Positions 12,101 through 22,510 of a stretch of 64,000 nt of DNA are shown in pieces. The notes below the pieces were generated by a model. The model made no database searches, was not told the DNA's origin, and was given only the letters and a program-made list of their open reading frames with translations. Source of the stretch: Podarcis vaucheri (lineage: Eukaryota). The stretch's first letter is position 1; each line of letters opens with the position of its first letter. The stretch lies in assembly GCA_965113315.1 (NCBI GenBank), contig OZ220363.1, one strand, 5' to 3'. A program made the translations under genes and the position numbers.

Positions 12101-13209
12101 CTTTCACCCTCTCCATTTCAAGCTACATCCTGGACTGCTCTTATACGTTTAAGATCCTTACTTTCGGGCATTTCCATTCAAATTTAATTCTGGAGTTTCC
12201 CCAAATGTCTGGTTTCTGTGCACAAATGCTCATCACAGGGTTTGAAGTCATGAGAAAACTGATAACATCAAGGAAGGCAAGAAACTTAAGACGAAAAATA
12301 TTATGAAGGCTTTTATTCATTAGATTTCTAACTGTGAATTCAGGCTGGGTAACAAAAACCAGATAATATTTTATATCATACAATTAAAATAACACCACAC
12401 CTAGATCTGCAACCCAGCTCCTGAAAACCCGCTTAAAGGGTATTGATCTGTCTGTCTGCCTGTTTCCTTCCTTCCTTCCTGGCTCAGTTTCTCAATGCTT
12501 TTCACAGGGAAGGAATGCCTGGTACACACAGCAGCATGTGAAAACATCTCCCTGCAGACTTAGCTGTTAATATTTGATAAATGATTAAGGATGTTAAGAA
12601 CAAACACGAGGAAAGAAAAGCACCCAACCTGCCCAACTAAAGGAGTGAATAGAACCTGAACATATAGGTGCCTAGGTTCTTGGTGTGTGATCAAGAACCC
12701 TGCAAAACACGGTTTCCTCGGTTGTGTGTACAGAACCTTTCTGCATACAGCTGTGCATTCTGACTTTCACGGTGGCTGGGGACAGAGAATGCAATCTTGC
12801 TTACTTCTTCATGCATTCACTCTGCATGCAGTTGTTTGGCGAGGTCCTGGGGTCTCCAGTTCCTCTTAGGTAATAAACACACAGATACAAATATTTTGAG
12901 TTAATGGGATAAATAAGGCCACAGCTTTATTGGTTACAGATGTGAGCGGTTTGGATTAGGTATTGGGTGAAACCAGACTATAGCCTGACTCCTGCCCATC
13001 TGCAGGAAGTCTATGAAGGGTCAATCACCAGTGGGGAAGCCCTATGATATACATCAATTAAGAGCACCCCCAGGGTTCCCGATGGGGTCGTGCCATGGCC
13101 CTAGCCCACGCCGAGGCTTTGGGACAGAAACCACGTCCCCGGATCCCGGGAACAAGACTTACCCAATGCCTAACCACCACTTGAGCCCCAAAGGCTTGCT
13201 GCCAACACC

Positions 13210-14003
13210 CTCACACCTGCAACCAATCCCTAATGCCCTTAACGATATCATTTCCCATATTGGAAAGTTGAACGCCATCATTGCAAAACAAGGCCTCCTG
13301 GTCAAAAGTATTGGTGGGGAACTGTGTCACCTGACTATTCAATAGTTCCATCTCCTTGCCACCATACAATTAGCAATTTTCTTGGCCATTTATTGCCGCC
13401 GGGTGGGGGCAGTCATGCCAACAATGCCTCTCCAAAAGCTGGGACCAGATTAAAGTCTGGGAACAAGGCAGCCAGTTTATCACAGTCCTCTTTGAAGTTC
13501 CAGGTTAGGACAATGCCCTTCCTTAGAACCAAGTTGTTCTCTCCATGTTCAACAATCAAAGTGTCTGATGGGCCATGCTAGATAGCTCTGGCCGTCACAA
13601 TTGGCATAAACTCTTCCCATTTCATGCCACGCCTTGTGATCCAGGAGACTCTGACTTATTCTGGAAGCCCCAGGCAGCTATCTATGCTGGTATAGATGGC
13701 ACGCACATGGGCCCAGTGGGGGGTATAGAAGAAGAAGAGTTTGGATTTGATATCCCGCTTTATCACTACCCGAAGGAGTCTCAAAGCGGCAAACATTCTC
13801 CTTTCCCTTCCTCCCCCACAACAAACACTCTGTGAGGTGAGTGGGGCTGAGAGACTTCAGAGAAGTGTGACTGGCCCAAGGTCACCCAGCATGTGGAGGA
13901 GCGGGGAAGCAAACCCGGTTCACCAGATTACGAGTCTACCGATCTTAACCACTACACCACACTGGCTCGCAGTGTCCCACAATCCATGTAGTCACAGGGT
14001 AAC
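13210..14003 (-). pseudogene. SGNH/GDSL hydrolase ORF remnant of the Ngaro-like element
   Basis: TWIVGH(C)..HWA, RRGMKWEE, LIVEHGENNL and LFCNDGVQLS match SGNH blocks I, II, III and V; in-frame stops; split by a SINE. Confidence 0.75.
13727..13968 (-). mobile_element. tRNA-derived SINE with (CTT)n tail (Squam3-like), nested in the hydrolase ORF
   Basis: Minus-strand head GAGCCAGTGTGGTGTAGTGGTTAAG (pol III A box) and CTT tail; second copy at 42786-43064. Confidence 0.8.
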
Positions 14004-14031
14004 CTGAAATTAAAGAGTTGACAAGGTGTGA

Positions 14032-14560
14032 TTAATGAGGGTTCTTGCAGATGTACCTTTTGTACGCATCATATCCCCAGCATCCCATATCCTTGATTCT
14101 ATCTGTTGGAAGATCCCATGGGTGACCATCGTGGCGGCACCAATCCTAAAGGAATACACCGTGAAATCCTTGGCTGGGAGGCCACAGGCCCAGATAGCCT
14201 TTCACATCACACGTGTAAATTGATGTCTCACTAGGCGAGAGCGATCTTGGTGAATAAGGAAGGGGCCCACACAAGGAGGCCTGAAGTAGAGGTAGCTCCT
14301 GGTGTCCTTTTTGGGACACCGGCCCTTGTGCTCTGAAGCTGAGAGCTTTTGTTGGTTTTGGATAGACAGACGTGGACAAGCAGTTGAGTGGGAGATAGAA
14401 TTATGTCTTCAAGTAACAGCCCCCTGGGGTAGGAGCCAGTCTCGCCCTCATACATTTGCTGAAGAAGGCAATAGCAGTAGCTCGGATGGAGAATGTTTTA
14501 ACCATGCAACCTAGCCTTCAGAGGTGCACGAGGTATTGCACTACTTGATCCTCTGTAGGA
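14032..14560 (-). pseudogene. Tyrosine recombinase ORF remnant of the Ngaro-like element
   Basis: GPFLIHQDRSRLVRHQFTRVM*...DFTVYSFRIGAAT (HSFRIGAAT-type box) and, after a frameshift, IKDMGCWGYDAYKRYI (catalytic Tyr box). Confidence 0.85.
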
Positions 14561-16149
14561 GGCTGGCAAGGTCTGACTGAGTTAGATTTTGTGTGGAAAG
14601 CAATAAAACTGGACCATGCCTTCTTGTAGTTCTTAAGCATGGATCGTCGAGCTTCCAAGGTTCCCAAAGATGCTCTGAGAATGGCTCTGGTAACCGCTGG
14701 GCCTCCAGCACTAACAATTGGAAACTATCCATCTGGAATGGAGATAATGCGTCAGCAATGTTGTTATTAACTCCGGGGTAAATAAATCTGGTGGGAAAAC
14801 GATGTTAGATTCCAAACACAACAGGACAAAGGAGTGGAATAGATGTGCTACCCTCTCAGAGCACAAAGATTGCCTGAAAAGGACATTGACAACGGCTTGA
14901 ATATCTTTCCAGAAGCAAACTTGCTGGTCCATGACAGAGGTGGACAGACACAACTACCGTGAAAATCCAAGAAGGCTAAGGCACGTGTGATGGAGGTACC
15001 CCCCCCCAGCTGACTGGCCCCTGTTGTGCCTGCTGCATCAGATTTCGCCTGGAAATTATTAAACACCCTCATATTATCCTACCAAAGGGAGAGTTCATTA
15101 TATTAAAATAGGAACCTAAGCCATACCCTCAAGTCCTCCACGACTGGTTTGGAAAGGCGGTGAGCCTTGCTAAACGGGCACAGAGGAGGCGACCACATGG
15201 CAAGCAAAGTTCAGGTGCCCCACAAGCCACTGAACCTGCCGGAGTAACTTTCCTAAGAGGGAGCAATGGAGAGATGGTATCCTTAAGGGATGACACTTCT
15301 CTGGGGGAAGGCACGAGGACTGAGCCACCGTGTCCAGATCGATGCTCCCTAACTGACTTCTGTCTAGGCAGATCCTTTGAGTTAAGGGGGGACAAAACTG
15401 GTATTCTAAAACCTTGGGAAATGATCCAAGGGTTCCTCGAGAGTTTGTGAGCTGAACTTCTGGCCTCCCCAAAAGGCACCTTGCTCATATGGCAAAAAGC
15501 AAAGGAAATCCCTCATGCCTGATGTTTGCTGGAGAGCATTCCGCCAACGTAGGCAAGCCACCCATGGAGTTTGATATATGGCGGCCTTGTGATGGAAATC
15601 CACATGCTGTCCTCCTGTGCAGTGTTGTAGTTGACTTAGCTGCAACCAGGAAGGTGAACAGGCACAGAGTCTGAGTGCACCATTCACATGAGATAACCAT
15701 TCCTGTGCATGAGGGTTATTTAAAGTTTATTGTCCAACAACAAGTAATAGAAATGTACAAAAAATTCTGTGTTAATGAGCAGTTGTCCCTTTTGTTAGGG
15801 GTCCTTCTGAAGGATGTCTCCTAAGGTTATCAAAGGCTCATAAGCTAAACTCCCTTCTTGGCAGTGTAATCAGTATTTGTTCTAATGTTACTCCCTGTCC
15901 AAAAGATATGCCTTCATACCTTGGGAAACAGTGAAATGTCCCTTTGACAAGCTAGTAGATGTATTCGTGCTTCTGCAAATATCACTATGAGTGGTCAAAT
16001 GGCAGAGAGGCATAATGTAACTACTGTGTTGTTGTTTTTAATAAATAAGCATCTTCTTTGACTGGGAGATAGAATGGCAAACTCTCTTACTTTGTGAAGT
16101 ATAATCCATTTTCTTATACCGATTGTGCATTTCTTATATCCATTGTATG

Positions 16150-16376
16150 AGTGCTGGTGTGGTGTAGTGATGAGAGCGCCAGCCCAAGATTCGGGAAGCC
16201 ATGGTTGACATCCTCTCTCAGCCAGGAAGCTCCATGGGTGACGGAGGGCCAATCACCTAATCTCAGCCCAACCTACCTCACGGGGTTGCCATGTGGATGG
16301 AGTTGGGTGGAGGAGAACTATGTACGCCACCCCAAGCCCCTTGGTGGAAAGGTGGGATAGAAATGTAAAATTAAAT
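16150..16376 (+). mobile_element. Diverged tRNA-derived SINE (Squam3-like)
   Basis: TGGTGTGGTGTAGTG A-box-like head, CTCAGCCCAACCTACCTCACGGGGTTG body, A-rich tail. Confidence 0.6.
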
Positions 16377-16378
16377 TA

Positions 16379-16720
16379 CAGTGGTGCCTCGCAAGACGAA
16401 AAGAATCCGTTCTGTGATTCTCTTCGTCTAGCGGTTTTTTCGTCTTGCGAAGCAAGCCCATTGACGGATTAGCGGATTAGTGCTATTAGCGCTATTAGCG
16501 GCTTTTAGCGGCTTATCTGCTGATCGGATCAGCTGATAAGCGGCTTAGCGGCTTAGGAAAGGGGGGGAGGAAGAAAAACCAGCAGGAACTCGCAAGACAT
16601 TTTCGTCTTGCAAAGCAAGCCCTTAGGAGATTCGTTTTGCGAAGCACCTCCAGAACGGAAAACTCTTTCGTCTAGCGAGTTTTCCGTCTTGCGAGGCATT
16701 CGTCTTGCGGGGCACCACTG
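16379..16720. mobile_element. Tc1/mariner (Tigger-like) MITE, family A
   Basis: TIR CAGTGGTGCCTCGCAAGACG / CGTCTTGCGGGGCACCACTG, TA flanks, internal TTAGCGG repeats. Confidence 0.9.
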
Positions 16721-16904
16721 TAAACTATTTGATGTTGACCCATGCAGTATCCAAAGAGTTTGCATCAAAGTCCTGTGGTTTCTGCTGCTCTTGTTATCAT
16801 TATGTATTGAAATCAAATTGTATTCAGAATACCCACTGTGGGTGTAAATCTCTCACTCTCTGATGCGTCAAAGTAATTTCCCCCTGCAATGTCACGGTAG
16901 AGTA

Positions 16905-17142
16905 CAGTGGTACCTCGGGTTAAGTACTTGATTCGTTCTGGAGGTCCATACTTAACCTGAAACTGTTCTTAACCTGAAGCACCACTTTAGCTAATGGGGC
17001 CTCCTGCTGCTGCCACGCCGCCGGAGCACGATTTCTGTTCTCATCCTGAAGCAAAGTTCTTAACCTGAAGCACTATTTCTGGGTTTCTTCTGTAACCTGA
17101 AGCGTATGTAACGTGAAGCATATGTAACCTGAGGTACCATTG
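16905..17142. mobile_element. Tc1/mariner (Tigger-like) MITE, family B
   Basis: TIR CAGTGGTACCTC / GAGGTACCATTG, TA flanks; second copy at 26758-26986. Confidence 0.85.
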
Positions 17143-17639
17143 TAATAGCCTTTAGGTAGCTGCAAAAGGAACACACTCCTTAGTGGAGAGCCTTTAGAAA
17201 ATTCCAATTCCAGAAACGTTTTTGGGATGGATACAGTAAAAGAAGCAGCAGCGATATGGCAACACCTGGTAAAAAACCTGAGGAGAAGTTAATGTGAGGG
17301 ACTGGCTCAGTGCCTGTGACCTAAACTGCTGAACAAGGCTGACAAAAGCCTCAATAAACTGCAAGGCTGAATTGGGAAAAGAAGATGCATAGCTGTGCGT
17401 AGGGAGCACCGAGCCCAATGTCTCCCCATCAGCAGGAAGGAGGAAAGGAGCTTGCGGAGCCAGGAAGGCTACACCTTGACCAGAGTGACCTTGGGTGGAA
17501 ACAGAAGGTGCCTGAGACACTAGCAGTCCTGCGCCTAGAATGGGGTGGGGGTGGGGTGGGGGGTGAGGAGCACCAGAAGGTTGCTTCTTGTTGGCAGGCA
17601 TAGCAAGCAATATCAGCAGAAGGTACACCAAAGGGACTG

Positions 17640-18490
17640 TACAGTATTGCCTGCACACACTGACAGCAACGCTGCAAAGCGGTCAGGGAAGTATTGTCAA
17701 TAAACAGCTGCAGTCTCTAAACAACAGAAGCAAACCGTGGCCTAGTATTGCCTTCCGCAACGGGCAACTATCGGTGCCCATAAAGATAAGGCGTGGTTGG
17801 CCAGGAATCAAGCCCAATATTGTCTATACTCACTGGCAGCTATGTGGCTCAGTGTTACCCACACTGGTCTGCAGTAACCTGCACTGCTTAATCGTGCAAT
17901 AATATCCTAAAAATGGCACAACCAAAATATCATTAAACCAGCAAATAGACACATATGACTACAGGCCAACCTTAGCCTGAGGCTAAGCAGACAAGGGCTA
18001 AGCAACTGAAAGCACAAATTATAATTAATTATTATTATTATTAATTTAATCCAGTTGTATAATATACAAATAAAATGGTTAAACAAACAAATAACCACAG
18101 CCGAAACCACAAGCAATAACAGTAGTTTGGTCCTGTCTATGCCCCATGGCAGCAATGCCTCAAGGAGGCCGGGGTAATATTGCTAATACTGGACAGTGGC
18201 TAGCCACGTATACAGAATTAGTATTGTCTACACCAATTGGCAGCAACCCAGCAGGCGCCTGTATTAATATTGTGCATGCTGACTGGCAGCTATACAACTC
18301 AATATTGTCCACCTGTGTCTATCTATATTTTATATTATTTTAATTAATCAATCAATTAATTTTATTTATTTATTTTTTGGTTAATGTGATAAATCAATAT
18401 TGTCTACACTGACTGGCAGCAGTGACCTAGAAACAAAATGAGTGGAAAATACGTCCTGGTAGACCATTTAGTATTGCCTACAGTCACTTC
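17640..18490 (+). repeat. Irregular cluster of a degenerate ~25-bp motif (ARTATTGYCTACACTGACTGGCAGC)
   Basis: About 11 imperfect copies near 17643, 17690, 17744, 17817, 17851, 18177, 18220, 18267, 18301, 18397 and 18470. Confidence 0.6.
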
Positions 18491-18604
18491 TAAATCTGTT
18501 ATTGGCAATAACAAGAGGCAAAGCAACTGAAAGCAAGAAGACCAACAATTCAAATGTGATCCCCAATGCAACTAAACACCTATTTATTTCTGCATTCTGT
18601 TATT

Positions 18605-18640
18605 TGTTGTTGTTGTTGTTGTTGTTGTTATTATTATTGC
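18605..18640. repeat. (GTT)n(ATT)n microsatellite
   Basis: Direct reading. Confidence 0.9.
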
Positions 18641-20338
18641 CCTAACCAATGACAGCCCCATGCTGGCTTGCAGCAATGGTAAATGAAAAGAAATTAAAGC
18701 AGGAATTTTAATGCATGCATGCATGCATGTTTGTATGTATGTAGCAGGTATGTAATAAAGTAGTGATTTCCCCAGTACCATGTGCAGCCAAAGATACTGG
18801 GCCGTAAAGAAGAAAATAAAGCAACCAGGGTGAAATAACAATAAAATGTATGCTGTCAATTAATGGCACAGCCGCTTCGGCAAAAGCTGCACCTCCTATT
18901 GCTGTATTTACTAATGTTTGTTATGCTACGTGCCTCACCCAAAATGGCCTCCAGAGAGGCACAAGGGGCAGAGCCATGTGCCTCACCTAAGATGGCCGCC
19001 AGACATGGCTGGGAGTCACAGGGAGGTCCCGGGTGCTCTCCCACAACTCCACCCCCCAGGAAAAGGGAGTGGTCTTATCTGAATAGAGCTTGAAATTCTG
19101 TTGTTTACCATTGTCCTTGGACTGATTCATATGCATATTGGGCAACATTCCACATTTCATCACTTGAAGAGTTAGTGACCAACTTCCAAAATTGTGAGCT
19201 GACTCCATTGAAAGGTGTTGTGTTTTCAGTGACGTCAGCTGATACAACAGGCCTGTTTGCAATACTGTAGTAGATGTGAAGCCCATTTCACATGTACAAG
19301 TCTTTGCCTGGTGTTGTGAGTTATTGACTGATTGCCGTGTGAACACATTCTAGCAAAGAGAGTTTTTAAATATTCAAGTAGGTTAAATCCTGAGCTGAGT
19401 GTATAGTTTTCAACAGAAAACAGCCAATCAATGGAGCAACGATGATACAAAGCAGCTGGGAATTTGCCCCCTGACCTGTACATGTTTCCCCCCACTCAGC
19501 CGTCTTCTATCCAGTAGTTTGAAGCACAACCTGATGACGGATAAGTTTTCTTTTACTTTACACACCACAAAAACACATCGATGCTCTCTACTGTACTATT
19601 TTCAGAATAAAGAGAAAGAATTAAATTACACTTTAGCAGCACAACACTGTTAACACCAAAGGTCAGGAAACCTTTAAGTAAGGTCACCGTATCGATTGCA
19701 GCACTGAAAGGATTAACATCAAATACTTGGCCATGAAAGGCTGAAAGGAAGTAAATTCAGCATGATATATTGAAACTGGTTTCTTTCATACATAGCAGAA
19801 CTACTGACATAACAGGTTTATTGTTCAAACCAAGTTATGTTGCCTTGCCAACTTATATTCTGAGCTATCCAAGCAGATTTAATGTTTGTGCAATAATGAC
19901 ATCTCTCCCTCTCTTTTCCTTTGTTCCTTTCCCTTTCTTAAATTGTTAAAGAAGAGTTCGTGCCTACCTAGGAAATGACCTTAATCAATTTAGTTCCAGA
20001 GACAAGGATGAAAACTGCAGTTCTTGGGGTTTTTTGCTTCTTCACAAGAGTAAATCACTATTGTGATGATCAAGGTGTAAGAGCCGCAGCTTGGCAGAAA
20101 CTTTTGTTGCATTTCCCAGCAATTCAGTATTCTTGTTTTGTGTCACTTGGATTTGATTGGCAGGTATTTTGAATAGCAAGCTACCGTAATAAGCAAATGA
20201 TACTAGAAATATCCTGGAAAGACGCAACACCAACATGCATATATTGGACAGTGACTCTGGCCTGGTCTGGCGTATTTGGGTGTTTCCTAAGTGAAGCATT
20301 TGACTGACACAGGCCATTTTGAGGAGGTGCCATTTTAC

Positions 20339-20647
20339 TACGGCTGCCATATGTCCTGATTTTCCAGGATATGTCCTGGAATTTGCCTCTGAAAATGGCG
20401 TCCTGGATTATTTTTCAGAAATCAGGCAAATGTCCTGGAAAACTGTCAACGGGGGTTAAATCGTGCCAAAAATGCATTAAAAAGCTTCAAAACTCAAAAA
20501 TTATTGTAGCTTTCAATTTTAAAAAGCTTAATAATTTTGGTGGTTTCCTAAAAAAAAATAATTCAACAATTTTGGGGTCTTCCTTTAAAAAAACTCAGGC
20601 GTTTTCAGGGCGTGCTAGTTTTTACTTTTTGAAATATGGCAACACTA
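20339..20647. mobile_element. hAT-type MITE
   Basis: Imperfect TIR TACGGCTGCCATAT / ATATGGCAACACTA; 8-bp flanks CATTTTAC / CATTTTGC. Confidence 0.65.
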
Positions 20648-21288
20648 CATTTTGCAGTGCTTAAAATCCTGAAAAGTGGTCTTGGCTTGCTACAATGTAT
20701 AGTAGGTTGCATTTCTTTTGTATAGTCTGTCCAAAAAATCCACCCAGAAACTTGCTATTTTCTAGTTACTTACTAATTGGAAGTTCAGGTGTCTAGTGTC
20801 AGTCAAGCCTTTCCCAGATCAAACTGGTATTTCAGAAGCCCTGTCTCTTGTTGACCTTGTTTTCTTCTTTGGTCCAATTCTGCTTGGAGAATCTGGATTT
20901 TCAAATCCAGGGATTTGAGACTCCTTCTGCTGTGCTACGTGTTTCAAGAGCCTTGTGGCAACAGCCTTTTTCAAATGGTCTGTGCAAGGTATCTTTGAAT
21001 CTTGATAATTAAAGTATGTTACTCAGATTCCAAAAATCTTTATGCAAGCTTTTCTCCAGGTTTTGGTGATTTATTTTGGTAAAATACATGTGTTTTGGTA
21101 CTTCTCCAAACCTTTGGGTTCCACCATGTCTATTGATACCTTCCTCTTGTATATGGATGGTGCTGATTTATGTAAGGACTGGTACTCAGACACTTGAGTT
21201 ACACATGATTATATATGATGATGGATCCCTTAGTGCTCAGCCTCATCTTGGGATGGTGAAGATAGAAGAGGAATCTTTTATTGGGAGC

Positions 21289-21897
21289 TGTGCTGGTCCT
21301 GGGGGCTAACTGAGAGGCGAGGTCCGAGTCCAGTCCGAAGTCGATGGTGTGGTATGGAGGCTGTCCGTCAAAGCTGTAGCTGGGTCCAAGGCAGGGAGTT
21401 GGGTGGGGTCAGGAACTCTGGCAGAAGAGCAGGACAGGGTTCAGGCAAGAACAGGCTACCAACAACGTTGCTCCCGCAACCTGGGACTGGGGCTGGCTGG
21501 CTTTTATCTGCCCCGAGGCATAGGGCGGCCCCGGTCCACAGGTGACTCGCCTCTCCTGGCCTGAAGGCGAGCACTCCTCCTGCGGGAACTTAGTTCCTTC
21601 CGCCTCTCTGCCCTGAGCCTCTGCAGCTCAGGAGAGGCTGGAGGGTTACCGGACCCAGAGGCAACCTCCTTTTCCCATGACGGGGCTGAGAGTGGAGCAC
21701 CTGCAGGCAATGGGTCCTCCATCACCTCAGGAGCCAGAGCAGACTCAGCTGGTGCCTGCACCTGAGGAACCAGCACAGGTGAGGACCCTTTAGGCTCAGG
21801 CCCCAGCCCTGGCTCAGCTGGTTCTGGAGGCGGGGACTTCTGTGCAGGCTGGGATTCCTCAGGTTGAGCCTCTGAGTCTGAATCCCAGGCCATCACA
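21289..21897 (-). mobile_element. Solo LTR (Gypsy-like)
   Basis: TG...CA ends with short inverted termini (TGTGCTGG / CCATCACA) and a perfect 5-bp target-site duplication GGAGC; orientation tentative. Confidence 0.8.
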
Positions 21898-22039
21898 GGA
21901 GCTTTCTGAAGAGGTGGCACTCACAACACATGACCCCCTTGACTGGTCAGTGGGACAGTGATAACCTGCAAAACACTAAATTGCATCTTCACAATGTGCC
22001 TTGCATGCCCAGGTGCCATGTACCTGCCCCCATGGGCTA

Positions 22040-22230
22040 TAACAGCAAACATAGACACAGACAACACTGTTGAGTTAAAATTAGGCCACAACTTTACTGA
22101 TTACAAATGTAAGTGAGTTTTGGCTTGACATTGGGTAGTCACCAACTCCTCCAGCCCATCTGCTGGAGGGATACCAGAGGTCAAGCTTGATCTGGGTTTG
22201 ACATACACCAAATTGCTGCAATCCCTACAG
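22040..22230 (-). mobile_element. Ngaro-like terminal fragment
   Basis: CACAGAC...GAGTTAA...AGGCCACAACTTTA..GATTACA...CATTGGG aligns by eye with 12880-12970. Confidence 0.55.
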
Positions 22231-22239
22231 ACTAGCCGC

Positions 22240-22510
22240 ATTGGAATCGTAGAGTTGGAAGGGATGCCAAGGGTCATCTAGTCCAACCACCTGCAATGCA
22301 AACATCTCAACAAAAGCATCCCTGACAGGTGGTCATCCGACCTCTGCTTAAAAACCTCCAAGGAAGGAGAGTCTACCACCTCCAGAGGGAGACCATTCCA
22401 CTGATGAACAGCTGTTACCATCAGAAAGTTCCTCCTGATGTTTAGTTGGAATCTCCTTTCTTGTAACTTGAAGGCATCGGTCTGGGTCCTACACTCTGGA
22501 GCAGAAGAAA
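22240..22510 (-). mobile_element. CR1 LINE 3' fragment
   Basis: KLQERRFQLNIRRNFL...WNGLPLEVVDSPSLEVFKQR and a CR1-type 3' end. Confidence 0.85.

Larger units (their letters stand above)
12870..15720 (-). mobile_element. Decayed Ngaro-like (DIRS-order) tyrosine-recombinase retrotransposon
   Basis: Minus strand, in order: possible gag remnant (~15490-15700); RT end/RNase H (LVGHLNFACHVV, SDAAG, PGVNNNIADALS); recombinase (SKTN, GPFLIHQD, YSFRIGAAT, GCWGYDAYKRYI); SGNH hydrolase; terminal segment with AATAAAGCTGTGGCC. Confidence 0.85.

Noticed and set aside
17640-18490. CRISPR-like repeat/spacer appearance
   Set aside because: Repeats are highly degenerate and irregularly spaced, there are no cas genes, and the DNA is vertebrate
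18930-19005. Twin AAGATGGC (YY1-like) motifs as a promoter
   Set aside because: A short local duplication with no other promoter evidence; likely a repeat fragment
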